64,000 nt of DNA from Candidatus Latescibacterota bacterium (GTDB lineage: Bacteria; Latescibacterota; UBA2968; SICM01). The position numbers were made by a program, and so were the translations under genes. Shown piece by piece: positions 30,006 to 39,918 of the stretch. The stretch's first letter is position 1, and every line of letters starts with the position of its first letter. Location of the stretch: assembly GCA_965217865.1 (NCBI GenBank), contig CBDCJO010000002.1, positions 5,568,001 through 5,632,000 on the forward strand, given 5' to 3'. A model generated the notes under the pieces. That model was not told where the DNA came from and ran no database searches. It worked only from the letters and a program-made list of their open reading frames with translations.

Positions 30006-31241
30006 ATGATCCGCAAAGAACTGGTCTGCGTGACCACCAAGAAACGATACGACGTCGGACCCATGTTTGAGGGCAGCCCGGCCAGCCGGGAGAAGGGTAT
30101 CGCGTCGCCGGTAGAAGTAATTTACGACTACGATGCCATCAAGGCAAAACTCGACCTTTCCAAATGGCTTCAAGGTCCCCGATCCATCTGGAAATTTGCA
30201 GACCTTCTCCCCCTTTCCGACCCCTCACACGCGGTGAGTCTTGGGGAAGGGGATACACCTTTATTGCGCCTCCGTACCCTTGGTGAAGAGACCGGCCTGG
30301 AGAACATCTACATCAAGAACGAGACCTCCAACCCCACCTGGTCTTTTAAAGACCGGTTTAACGCCGTTTCCATCTCTATGGCCAGGGAACTCGATTTCAA
30401 GAAAGTCACCTGCGCTACGACCGGAAACCACGGCACTTCCCTTGCCGCATATTCAGCCGCTGCCGGCCTGCAATGCGCAATCTTCTGCCATCCTCAGACA
30501 CCCCAGGTTCAGCAGGACCTGATTCGCTTTTACGGAGCACGATCCATCCTATTGAAGGAGAGGACGCAATACCTCTCGACCCTCGTCAGGGACTACGGCT
30601 ACTATCCCGCTACCACCCTGTCACCCATGCCCGTTTCCAACCCCTTCGGTGTAGAGGGATACAAAACCATCGCCTATGAGGTCAACTTGCAGCTCGACGG
30701 TCGGGTTCCCGATCGCGTATACGCCCCCGTGGCCGCCGGGGATGGCCTTTACGGTATCTGGAAGGGAATGACGGAGCTCAAAACAATGGGAATTGTTGAC
30801 CGCCTTCCTCGCATGTTCGGCTGTCAGGCCAAAGGCTGCAATCCGTTCGTCCGATCCTTCAAGGCCAAACGGAAGGAAGTCAAACCGGTCCGGAACCCCA
30901 CAACCGACGCCCTTTCCATCAGTGACCCGACCGGAGGGGATTGCGCCTTAGACGCGATCTATACGTCTAAAGGGGCTGCAACGGATGCCTCCGAAGAGGA
31001 GATCCTTAATGCCGCCAAACTCCTTGCCCGGGGGGGGATCGCCGTGGAACTCGCTTCAGCCGTACCCGTCGCGTGCGCCATTCGGGCCGCGAAAAAAAGC
31101 GAAATCGGCCCACGTGAACTGGTCGTATGCATCCTTACGGGAGCAGCCGTGAAATGGCCGGACACCCTCGACCGGACCGTAGACGAACCGGTTGTTCGTG
31201 ATCCGAATTTTGAGGAACTCAGGCTGGCCCTGTGGTTATAG
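30006..31241 (+). CDS. Threonine-synthase-like PLP enzyme
   Basis: SLGEGDTPL, KNETSNPTWSFKDR (PLP lysine), TGNHGTS, EGYKTIAYE. Confidence 0.85.
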   Translation: MIRKELVCVTTKKRYDVGPMFEGSPASREKGIASPVEVIYDYDAIKAKLDLSKWLQGPRSIWKFADLLPLSDPSHAVSLGEGDTPLLRLRTLGEETGLENIYIKNETSNPTWSFKDRFNAVSISMARELDFKKVTCATTGNHGTSLAAYSAAAGLQCAIFCHPQTPQVQQDLIRFYGARSILLKERTQYLSTLVRDYGYYPATTLSPMPVSNPFGVEGYKTIAYEVNLQLDGRVPDRVYAPVAAGDGLYGIWKGMTELKTMGIVDRLPRMFGCQAKGCNPFVRSFKAKRKEVKPVRNPTTDALSISDPTGGDCALDAIYTSKGAATDASEEEILNAAKLLARGGIAVELASAVPVACAIRAAKKSEIGPRELVVCILTGAAVKWPDTLDRTVDEPVVRDPNFEELRLALWL

Positions 31242-33493
31242 TAGACCGAACTGCAAATCCCCCCAGGAATTCCACGCAGATGCCGGGGGGCCAATCGAAA
31301 CATGAACCCAGGAAAGGCCATTTCGGTTCCGGTTTCAAGTTTCACCCCTTAAACCCCTTCCGTTGTTTTCGGATTTTTCCCATCCTCGCAGCCGTCCTTC
31401 TACTCCCCCTCGCAGGTATCGCTGCGACCCCTCCAAAAGACAAGACGATTGCCGATCTCATCGCCGCGGAAGGGTTCAAACAAGCCTCTGCCCGCATCGA
31501 TTCCCTTCTGGCGGTCGATGCGCTTCCACCAACAGTTCGAACCCGGATCATCCTTCAGCGTGCGCTCTGTCAGAAGGGATTGGGGAACCCGGCGAAAGCC
31601 CTCTCCGATTTCGAAGCCTCCCACGAAGCGTATCCCGAAATCGGGGATTACCTGCTCACGTGGGAAGCCGAGTGCCTGGAATCATTAAAAGACCCCCTTG
31701 GGGCTTCTGAACGCTACAAATCTCTTTTAAAACTCTACCCCGGCAGCTTGCTCAGAGATGATGTCCGGCTCCGCCTTGCGCGATTTGCGGATGGTGAAAA
31801 TCGGAGTCTTGAGGCAATCCGTATTTTCAAGCGGGTTGCATCTTCCGCCCGACAAACCGGTCACGTAGCTGAGGGCCTGTTCGGATTGGCTTCGGTTCAG
31901 ATGAAACGCAATCGAAAGAAAGAGGCCAGAAAAACCTCTTTGAAACTCATGAAAAACCACCCGGGCGAGAAGCCGGCCCTTGAAGCCCTGCGTCTGCTCG
32001 GAATGCCCCGGACACCGGAAGAGCGGTATCAGAAGGGCCGGGTATATCTTCGTCACAAGAAATGGACCAAAGCAATTTCAACTTTCAAATCCTTGATCTC
32101 GAAGCACCCAGGTGATAAGCTTGTGGGAATGGCCCACTATCTGACGGGAAGGGCTTATTTCGGCTCAAGACGATATACCAAGGCGTCATCAACTTTTTCC
32201 AAAGCCTACCGGAAGTACGGCATTCGAGAAGCCCTTTACTATTTTGGTCGCTGTGCAATCAGGAGAAATAAAGACCCCCTTGGGGCCGATCGTCTCCTGA
32301 AATTTGTCGCGAGGTACCCCAGGCATAGACACGCCCACAATGCCCTCTGGTACGCCGCCTGGGCGTTCGAACGTTTGGGAGAATATCAGAAGGCCCGCCG
32401 AACCTACCAACGGATCGCATCCGCATACCGTAAGAGTCCGAACGTGGAACAATCCCGATTCCGGGCGGCATTCGCCCTCTATTCGTCCAGCAAAATAATA
32501 AAAGCCGTAAAGGCCTTCTCTTTCCTGGGCAAGTCATCACGTGGTTATTTGCGGGACCAGTCCTTTTTTTGGGTGGGAAAATGTTATGAAAAACTGGGGG
32601 ACCCCAACACCGCAAATCGGTGGTTCCGACGGGCTTCCAGCCAATTTCCGACATCCTACTACGCCACTCGCGCAGCGATGACCTTGTCATCCCACGATCG
32701 GAAATCCCTGGTCGGTTATGCGTCGGCAGATTCTGAATCCGAACCCGATCAAAAGGACGTGGCGATTCCCCCGACGTCTCAGTTGAGAAAAGCCGACTTC
32801 TTGATTCTCCTCGGCCTTTACGTGGAGGCCGGCCTCGAACTCCGCCCCATACAGCGAGCCCACAGGAACAAACCGAAAGTCCTCCTGGCCCTCCTTCGTC
32901 GATATGAGCGAATCGGTTCCTACCACCGGGCTTTGCGGGTTGGCCGTCTTATTGTTGATCTCGATCACAAAAAAGACGGACCCCTCAACCGGATCCAACT
33001 CAGAACGCTCTATCCAGACTATTACAGGGATCTCATTCGGAAAGCGGCGGCTGAAAACCGGCTCAACCCGGCTCTCGTTTTGGCCATCATCCGACAGGAA
33101 AGCGCCTTCGACCACGCCGCCATATCCCGTTCGGGGGCTCGGGGTTTGATGCAGATTATGCCGGCCACAGGCCGCGGGTGGGCTTCAAAAATGGGGATTC
33201 GGAACTTTAAGGTTGAGCACCTGATGAACCCGACCACATCAATCCAGATGGGATGCCGGGAGATTGCTTCCTACCTGGGGAGGTTCCCCGACGATTTTCG
33301 GGGCCGGGTGCTTTCCATGGCTTCATACAACGCAGGCTTTCGTGCCGCTCAGCGATGGAACAGAACCCTTCCCCCAGACATCGACGAATTCGTTGAAAAC
33401 ATCCCTTTCCACGAGACGCGCACCTATATCAAACTGGTCGTGCGCAATCAAGAGATCTACAACTTTCTCGAATCCGTACGAATGGACAACTGA
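31232..33493 (+). CDS. TPR-repeat soluble lytic murein transglycosylase (Slt70-like); start uncertain
   Basis: Signal-like hydrophobic stretch, many TPRs, C-terminal IIRQESAF, GARGLMQIMP, SYNAG, IPFHETRTY. Confidence 0.9.
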   Translation: MVIVDRTANPPRNSTQMPGGQSKHEPRKGHFGSGFKFHPLNPFRCFRIFPILAAVLLLPLAGIAATPPKDKTIADLIAAEGFKQASARIDSLLAVDALPPTVRTRIILQRALCQKGLGNPAKALSDFEASHEAYPEIGDYLLTWEAECLESLKDPLGASERYKSLLKLYPGSLLRDDVRLRLARFADGENRSLEAIRIFKRVASSARQTGHVAEGLFGLASVQMKRNRKKEARKTSLKLMKNHPGEKPALEALRLLGMPRTPEERYQKGRVYLRHKKWTKAISTFKSLISKHPGDKLVGMAHYLTGRAYFGSRRYTKASSTFSKAYRKYGIREALYYFGRCAIRRNKDPLGADRLLKFVARYPRHRHAHNALWYAAWAFERLGEYQKARRTYQRIASAYRKSPNVEQSRFRAAFALYSSSKIIKAVKAFSFLGKSSRGYLRDQSFFWVGKCYEKLGDPNTANRWFRRASSQFPTSYYATRAAMTLSSHDRKSLVGYASADSESEPDQKDVAIPPTSQLRKADFLILLGLYVEAGLELRPIQRAHRNKPKVLLALLRRYERIGSYHRALRVGRLIVDLDHKKDGPLNRIQLRTLYPDYYRDLIRKAAAENRLNPALVLAIIRQESAFDHAAISRSGARGLMQIMPATGRGWASKMGIRNFKVEHLMNPTTSIQMGCREIASYLGRFPDDFRGRVLSMASYNAGFRAAQRWNRTLPPDIDEFVENIPFHETRTYIKLVVRNQEIYNFLESVRMDN

Positions 33494-33527
33494 AGATCAA
33501 GAAGGAAGGACATATAAACATAATAAG

Positions 33528-34847
33528 ATGCCCAAAAGATCGCAATTTGCCCGGTCGATTTTGCCGTTTGCACTTCTCCCTGTGCATTTCTCCATCCTTT
33601 TGCCGACCCCTCTTCTGGGTGACGTTGACGAGTCCTTCCCCACCACCCTCGTACGACACTTCCGGGTGAGTGAGAAACACGTGATGCGGTTCCTCGGAGA
33701 TCGGGGAAAAATCGATAACTTGCAGGGGGTAGCCGTCGTCCGTTTAAAGGAACAGGACGATCCCGGCACTGAGGAAGACGACCCGGTGGTCACCGTCTAC
33801 GGTGTGAACTCGGGTACGGGAGATATTCTATATACCCGATCTCTTTCGAGCGTGTTTGCGTACGGAGGACCTGAAGATGAACGGGCAGAGCTTTCTGGAC
33901 CGCACGGGATCGCGGCGGATGATGACGGGAACATATTCGTAGCGGATACTGCAAACGACCGCATCGTCCATCTCTGGGACAGAGCGGGCAAAATAGCGTT
34001 CACGGGAAGTTTTGGGCCTCCCGTGATGAAGGCCCCGTTCGATGTTTCCCTGGACCGGAACGGGCGGGTCTATATCACGGAACCTAAGGAGAACCGGATA
34101 CTCATAACGGATTATGATGGTGAACTTTTGGGGCCCCCTCTGAGCGTCCCTTCACCCACCGGTATCGCCGTCAACGACTCAACAGAGCGATGGTCCTTTT
34201 TCAAAGAGCGGGCGATCTATGTCGCCTGCAGGGACAGTTCGGAGATCTGGCGTTTAACCGACCTCGGTCATGTCGATTCGCGGATCCGATCCGGTGACAT
34301 CCCGGACCATCCGGAGAGCAGGTTCACCTACCTGGCCATCGATTACTACGACAACATATACGCAACGGATCCGAGGACCCACGCGATTCACAAGTTCGAC
34401 AGACACCTGGTCTACCTGACTACTTTCGGGGGACGGGGAAAGGGAAAGGCGCAGTTCATCCATCCGCGGGGAATTGGAATATACCGGCGTTTCGGACAGA
34501 CTTTTGTCTTGGAGGGAGGCAGTGCGCAGTATTACTGGGTGGGGACGGACCTCCGTTCTCTTGATGCAAGGTTCGACGAGCACAAGGAACAGGTCCTGGT
34601 CTCGTTCTTCCCGACGGAGCGTGCTTTCGTCAAATCGGGCGTCTACTTCGACGGGAAACTCATTCGACCCCTAACTTCCGGTTGGACTGTGGAAACCGGG
34701 CACAACCGCATCCATTGGGACCTGAAGGATCGCTGGAACGAACGGATACCGGCTGGACGTTATACCATCCGAATCGAAATCGAACCCACCTATTCATCCT
34801 ACACCAAATTCAAAAAAAGATTCGAGCGCGACGTTGACGTAAAATAG
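33528..34847 (+). CDS. Secreted NHL-repeat beta-propeller protein with C-terminal FlgD-like Ig domain
   Basis: Signal peptide after MPKRSQ; PHGIA.D..GNIFVADTANDRI and F..PRGI repeats; C-terminal IHWDLKD....IPAGRYTIRI. Confidence 0.8.
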   Translation: MPKRSQFARSILPFALLPVHFSILLPTPLLGDVDESFPTTLVRHFRVSEKHVMRFLGDRGKIDNLQGVAVVRLKEQDDPGTEEDDPVVTVYGVNSGTGDILYTRSLSSVFAYGGPEDERAELSGPHGIAADDDGNIFVADTANDRIVHLWDRAGKIAFTGSFGPPVMKAPFDVSLDRNGRVYITEPKENRILITDYDGELLGPPLSVPSPTGIAVNDSTERWSFFKERAIYVACRDSSEIWRLTDLGHVDSRIRSGDIPDHPESRFTYLAIDYYDNIYATDPRTHAIHKFDRHLVYLTTFGGRGKGKAQFIHPRGIGIYRRFGQTFVLEGGSAQYYWVGTDLRSLDARFDEHKEQVLVSFFPTERAFVKSGVYFDGKLIRPLTSGWTVETGHNRIHWDLKDRWNERIPAGRYTIRIEIEPTYSSYTKFKKRFERDVDVK

Positions 34848-34870
34848 TTCATGTACCCTCAGGAGTATTC

Positions 34871-35125
34871 TTGGAAAACCGCACCGAAAGACGCCAGATC
34901 ATCGTAGAGGATATCTTCATTATCCTCTCCATCCTGGCACTCTGGCCGTTGATCCTCGGTTGGGATGAAGCCGTCTTTCAAGCCCTGAAATATATTGCCC
35001 TCGCCGGCCTGGTCTACATTTTCATCCGGCGGCTCAGGCGATACAAGTGTCGGAATCGTTCTGGCGGAACCGGCGCTGGATATTCTGGCGGCGATGGCCA
35101 AAGCATAAGCGGGGACGATAAATGA
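34871..35125 (+). CDS. Small two-TM membrane protein
   Basis: AGGAG SD before TTG; two hydrophobic segments followed by a basic tail. Confidence 0.6.
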   Translation: MENRTERRQIIVEDIFIILSILALWPLILGWDEAVFQALKYIALAGLVYIFIRRLRRYKCRNRSGGTGAGYSGGDGQSISGDDK

Positions 35126-35154
35126 GTGTGATGGAATTTTCCGGTTATATCTCC

Positions 35155-35829
35155 TTAAACCGGCCAGCCCTCCCGCCGGTATCCCATGTCCCAGAACATC
35201 CATTCATAGCGGCTCGTCGCCACGAAGTGTTCGATCATAGCCTCCCGTTCTTCTTCAGACAACCCTCCGGCGACCCGATCGGTTAGAGAAACCACCGCCC
35301 GAACCACCTCCCCGAACTCCTCCGCACCGTAGGTATCTATCCACCGACGATACAGTTCATCGGGGGATCCCCGTTTCGCAAGGGTTTTTCCGACCTCCCC
35401 GTATATCCAGTAACACGGCAGGAGGGCCGCTAACCCTTCGTGAAAGGGGCGGCCGTAGGAGACGGACAGCAGGTAGCTCGTGTAGGCCAGGGTGGTCGGC
35501 GCCATCGGCGTATCGCGGACGCCCCTTGGGGAGAGCCTGAAGGCCTTGAAAAATCCCTCGTGGAGTTGACGCTCAACCTGAATGGCCTCCGCGGCGTGGG
35601 CGTTAAACATGGCGATGTCGCCATCCTCCGGTGCCTTAGCGGCAGCGATGCTCAGAGCCCGTGCAAACTCACGGAGATAGAGGGCATCCTGAACCACGTA
35701 AAATCGAAAGGACGTCCGGGGAAGGCTGCCGTCTGTAAGCCCCTGAATAAACGGATGCGCCAGGATGGCTTCGAAGATCCCTCCGATGTGCTTCCAGAGT
35801 TCCCTCGTGAACCGGGGAGATCGAGTCAT
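35155..35829 (-). CDS. tenA: Thiaminase II / aminopyrimidine aminohydrolase TenA
   Basis: HPFIQGL.DGSL, YVVQDALYL, LLPCYWIY (catalytic Cys), YEWMFWD. Confidence 0.92.
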   Translation of the reverse strand: MTRSPRFTRELWKHIGGIFEAILAHPFIQGLTDGSLPRTSFRFYVVQDALYLREFARALSIAAAKAPEDGDIAMFNAHAAEAIQVERQLHEGFFKAFRLSPRGVRDTPMAPTTLAYTSYLLSVSYGRPFHEGLAALLPCYWIYGEVGKTLAKRGSPDELYRRWIDTYGAEEFGEVVRAVVSLTDRVAGGLSEEEREAMIEHFVATSRYEWMFWDMGYRREGWPV

Positions 35830-35888
35830 TCGATTCACCTTCCGAAAGGTTTCGGTCGTTGCCGTGAAAGGGATGCGATTTTTCCGGA

Positions 35889-36749
35889 TCAATCCGTCTT
35901 GATCTTATAACTGTAACGCGCCATCATCTCGTGGTCGGATTCGCGAGCAATTTTCCGGTTGAAATCGGACAGCGGGAGATAGTAGTGGGTCTCCGCATTG
36001 CAGCTGATAAAGCCCTCGGCGTATGCCACCCGACAGGCCGTGCCGAACGCCCCGTCGGAGGCCTCGATTCGCTTGCGGGCATACTTACCCCCGTATCCCT
36101 GGCTGACGAGGGAGTCCAGGGCGGCCAGCTTCTTCTCGACCACGTCGGTAATATCGATGAAGACGTCGTTATAATGTGATCCCATTGCGTCCCAAACCTT
36201 ATTGGGAATCGAGGCCGCACCGCATCCCCAGTAGAAGATCTGCGCAACCCGATGGGGCTTGTTGCGATCCCCCGGATCCACGGAACCTGCGAATCCTACC
36301 GCCATCATCACGATCTGACCTGCAGCGGCGTGAGGATTCCACACGCCCCCTTCCATCGGGAAATGCGTGAGGATGATTTCCGGTCTGAGCTCACGCAGAA
36401 GCCTCGCCAACTTGCGGGCTGTTTCCCGATTCGGGAGCAGGAGCGCATCGTCTTCGCCGAAGAAGAAAACATCCTCCACCCCCAATGTCCGGCAGGAAGA
36501 CCGAACCTCCTCGGCCTTCACCTCGACCCGCTCATCCATCATCCCTTTCAAGGTATCGGCATCAGGTACCTCATCGACATGATACATCTTCTCGCTGATC
36601 ACCTCGTCGTGGACGCGCGCTCCGTGTGTCAGCACAACACACCCAACCCAGTCTCCCCGGGACGTGTGATGGGCCATGGTACCTCCCGACTGATCGAAGA
36701 TGTCTGCCGGATGGGCGCCGATGGACAGGATGCGAAGGGGTTCGGCCAT
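35889..36749 (-). CDS. PIG-L/LmbE family de-N-acylase (variant metal motif)
   Basis: IGAHPAD (canonical HPDD), LTHGAR, RELRPEIILTH, FIDITDVVEKKLAAL...SQ, YAEGF. Confidence 0.82.
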   Translation of the reverse strand: MAEPLRILSIGAHPADIFDQSGGTMAHHTSRGDWVGCVVLTHGARVHDEVISEKMYHVDEVPDADTLKGMMDERVEVKAEEVRSSCRTLGVEDVFFFGEDDALLLPNRETARKLARLLRELRPEIILTHFPMEGGVWNPHAAAGQIVMMAVGFAGSVDPGDRNKPHRVAQIFYWGCGAASIPNKVWDAMGSHYNDVFIDITDVVEKKLAALDSLVSQGYGGKYARKRIEASDGAFGTACRVAYAEGFISCNAETHYYLPLSDFNRKIARESDHEMMARYSYKIKTD

Positions 36750-36923
36750 TGGGAGTCTCCTTTCGGTTAAGCAGTTAAGTGGGCACGACGAGGCCGGAGG
36801 GATTTTGAATTCTCTTTGCCAAGTTAGATCCTGGCATTATATTCGACCTATTAATATCGATATTTGACTGAAAATTAAAAACCCCCACCCTCAAACCAAC
36901 ACCTACGAACCCGGGAGGATGAT

Positions 36924-37073
36924 ATGAAACAGCTGGTGGGAGGTCTGGTTCTGCTGCTGGTGGTTGCGGGAGTTGCATCCGCATCGGGATTTGGAACGGT
37001 GCTCATCCTTCTGCTTGGCGTCGTGATCGGATTTTTTATCGGGATGTGGTACGCAAACAAAGGATCGGACTGA
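36924..37073 (+). CDS. 49-aa two-TM small membrane protein (absent from ORF track)
   Basis: GGGAGGA SD; MKQLVGGLVLLLVVAGVASASGFGTVLILLLGVVIGFFIGMWYANKGSD. Confidence 0.6.
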   Translation: MKQLVGGLVLLLVVAGVASASGFGTVLILLLGVVIGFFIGMWYANKGSD

Positions 37074-37205
37074 TGCCTTTATACAACTGTGACGTCTCAG
37101 GGAAGGAGATCCTAATTGGACACATTAAGAGATACTGTCATCAACGTCACGGGCATATCGGAGGGCGGTTTCCCCAGCTTCCATATCTGACCCGGTTCCC
37201 TTCGC

Positions 37206-39176
37206 TTAGGTTTTCCCCGTCAGAATCGTGAGGATCGTTCCCACGCTCGATATAACGGCCTGACCAAGGATCAAACCCAGGAAGAATGGCCTCGTCCGGC
37301 CGTAAAGCGAAGCCCCCCCGTATTTCAGGACATTCCGCTTGATCAGCCAGGCGATTAATACATTAACCCACCACGAAGGCAGCGTCGTCCCGATCAAATA
37401 GCCGATGGGGTGGAACGGCCACCAGAAAAACCGCTTCCTTGCAAGGATCAGGAGTCCCATCGCCAACATCCCCATTCCGGACCAGATGAACCGAACGGAT
37501 TCGCCCACACTACCGCCGCCTCCCCAAAAACCCGTTGCCGTCGCTGGATCCTTGATCGCCCCTCCGTAATATTGGAGGTGATAATTCAATGCCTTGATCA
37601 TATACCAGCTGTTGGCAAAACCATAGGCTCCCAGCTTGTAGGCGAAATGAAGAAGCGTCACACCGGCGACGCCCCCGCCCACGATCAACGCCAGGATCAG
37701 CACATAGAAGAGCGGACGGGATCGCAAACCGAGACGGTGCGTCAGCTTTAACGACGTCGATGTGCTCGCCATGACGTGAGTTCTGCTGGGAAACGCCCAG
37801 GGCTGACCCAGGAAAAACCCCGCCGATGTTCCCCTGCTCAGCTTCTCAGTTCCCAGAGAATTCAGAAATACCTGCATAGGGCTCAAAGGCGCCTGCATCA
37901 CCACGCCGGTTTCGGCCAGGATTCTCGTAACACCCACGAAAGTCACAAGCATCAAAACCACGAAGATGGGGACGATCCACGTGGAGATGCCTGTCATCGA
38001 GAGCCAGTAACAGATGAAGGCCACGCCTGCTATGGTTCCCACGAGGGAAGCCCTGTAGGAGATCAATTCATCCGAGTCGTCCACCTGGGGGGCTGTCCCC
38101 ATCGCCTTCCGAAACACATCCCTCAGATGGTGACGGGCTTCATACAGACCGAACCCCACCATGGCGACGATGGCACCGAAGGACTCCTGCTTCAGCTGTC
38201 CGTAATTTCCACCCGGGACATAGGGTCCCCATCCCAGGATGGGGCTTCCGGATAGCACGACCAGGAAGATTTGAACGTAACCGAAAAAGGTAAACAGGAG
38301 GACGCTGCTTAAAATATCCAGCGACACCAGGTAACTGATTCCCAGGACAAAAAAATGGGCATAGATCAGCAGACCCATCGAGTTTCGATAAAATCGCGTG
38401 TAGAAATACAGATTGATGGTGGGCATGAACGGAAGGAACCTGTGGGCGATTCCGGACAGACCCACGAGGCCAGGCACCGCAAATCCGGACCATAAAAGGC
38501 CGTTTCTCAACAGGGGCCCCTCGCCGGGATCCGCCTCCACCATCGCCATCGGGAGTTGCGCCAGCGGAAACGGCAATCGCTCCTCTTCCATCCATCGCTT
38601 CCGAAGGATGACCATCAGAGAGATCATCGTGAGGTAAATCGCGCCAAGCATAACCATCCAGGAAAGCAAAGGACCGATCCAGGAACCGTAAGGGACCGCT
38701 TCCCCGGGCCCCAGCCCCTCAAAGAATCCCTTTGAGGCAGCAAGATCTTTGACCGTGATGCCGTCGGGCAGGAGGGGCAGCACCATGCTGCCCCATTCGT
38801 TCTCCGGGGTGGCATAGTGGGAGAATCCCACTATGTGAGGAATAAGAAACATCGTGACCCCGCTTGTGGAAACCGCGGAGACCATCAACAACATCGAGAA
38901 GATGACGAGGAATTCCTGTGGTTTCAGGCTCGATCGGATCAAACCCAGGCGTTCCAGATACCCAGCCCCACAGATCAGGAGGAACAGCAGAAAGAGCGGT
39001 CCCGATCCGAACCCGTTTGACGTCAACGAGCCCCCACCCAGGGCCTGTGCGCAGATATCGAGGAAGGCCAGGGTCGCGCTCAGTCCAACCCCGATCAACA
39101 CCCCCCTTTTCGTCACACCGGAGGAGAAGGGGGCTGGATCCTTCAGGGTTTCAACCGCCGGTTTTGTTTGTTCCAT
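37206..39176 (-). CDS. Polytopic membrane protein, DUF6785/DUF6784-type (putative OPT-like transporter)
   Basis: Many TM segments; RKRWMEEERLPFPLAQLP and WWPFHPIGY...RPFFLGLILG motifs. Confidence 0.7.
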   Translation of the reverse strand: MEQTKPAVETLKDPAPFSSGVTKRGVLIGVGLSATLAFLDICAQALGGGSLTSNGFGSGPLFLLFLLICGAGYLERLGLIRSSLKPQEFLVIFSMLLMVSAVSTSGVTMFLIPHIVGFSHYATPENEWGSMVLPLLPDGITVKDLAASKGFFEGLGPGEAVPYGSWIGPLLSWMVMLGAIYLTMISLMVILRKRWMEEERLPFPLAQLPMAMVEADPGEGPLLRNGLLWSGFAVPGLVGLSGIAHRFLPFMPTINLYFYTRFYRNSMGLLIYAHFFVLGISYLVSLDILSSVLLFTFFGYVQIFLVVLSGSPILGWGPYVPGGNYGQLKQESFGAIVAMVGFGLYEARHHLRDVFRKAMGTAPQVDDSDELISYRASLVGTIAGVAFICYWLSMTGISTWIVPIFVVLMLVTFVGVTRILAETGVVMQAPLSPMQVFLNSLGTEKLSRGTSAGFFLGQPWAFPSRTHVMASTSTSLKLTHRLGLRSRPLFYVLILALIVGGGVAGVTLLHFAYKLGAYGFANSWYMIKALNYHLQYYGGAIKDPATATGFWGGGGSVGESVRFIWSGMGMLAMGLLILARKRFFWWPFHPIGYLIGTTLPSWWVNVLIAWLIKRNVLKYGGASLYGRTRPFFLGLILGQAVISSVGTILTILTGKT

Positions 39177-39225
39177 ACGAGGAACCTTTTTTTGCAGATA
39201 TCAATTATGATTCAGGACCCGGGAT

Positions 39226-39918
39226 CTATACGGAATGGGGGGAATTCAGCTTGCGAAGGGTGACCAGGATTTCGGTCGGGTCCAGGCGGCGGGTGTAGTC
39301 CGGATCGATAAAGGCCAGTCGAATCGTTCCCGTCTGGTCGATCACAAAGGTCGCGGGTATCGGAAGCTCGAAGCTATCGTCACCGTTGTATTCTGCCAGG
39401 TCAAGACCGAATTCCTCGTAGATCGACATCATCTCGTCCTGGAGCCGGTAGACGATACCGAACGATCGGGCGACCCGGTTCCCGACATCGCTCAGCACCT
39501 CGTAGGTCAGCCGATTTTTCCGCGAGGTGGATAAAGAGTTCTCCTGCGTCTGAGGCGAAATCGCGACCAGGGTCGTCCGGAATGAATCGAATTCTGACAG
39601 GGATTCCTGCAACGCCTGAAGCTCCAGGGAGCAGAAAGAACACCAGCTGCCCCGATAGAAGCTCACGACAACGGGCCCTTTGCCCAGAAGGTCGTCTAAA
39701 CGCACGATGGTTCCGGACCCGTTCGGCAGGGAAAAAACCGGAGCCTTATCCCCCACCTTCAGACTACGGTCGACAATTCCGGAACGGGAGAGGTTATCGA
39801 CCGCGTCCCTCATGGTCTTGAGGGTATCCTGCGGGATCTCCTGGGTTGACCGCATTCGCAGATCCGAAAGCCGAGCCGGCAAAGCCTTTTTCGATTCTTC
39901 TTTTACGATTTCGCCCAT
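39226..39918 (-). CDS. Peroxiredoxin-like AhpC/TSA family protein
   Basis: LKVGDKAP.F.L, FYRGSWCSFC, LPIPATFVID, DPDYTRR. Confidence 0.88.
   Translation of the reverse strand: MGEIVKEESKKALPARLSDLRMRSTQEIPQDTLKTMRDAVDNLSRSGIVDRSLKVGDKAPVFSLPNGSGTIVRLDDLLGKGPVVVSFYRGSWCSFCSLELQALQESLSEFDSFRTTLVAISPQTQENSLSTSRKNRLTYEVLSDVGNRVARSFGIVYRLQDEMMSIYEEFGLDLAEYNGDDSFELPIPATFVIDQTGTIRLAFIDPDYTRRLDPTEILVTLRKLNSPHSV

Noticed and set aside
36780-36900. Possible TPP riboswitch upstream of PIG-L/tenA (ATAATGCCAG on the minus strand)
   Set aside because: No CTGAGA or surrounding stems; the match overlaps a TATAAT that is better read as a -10 box
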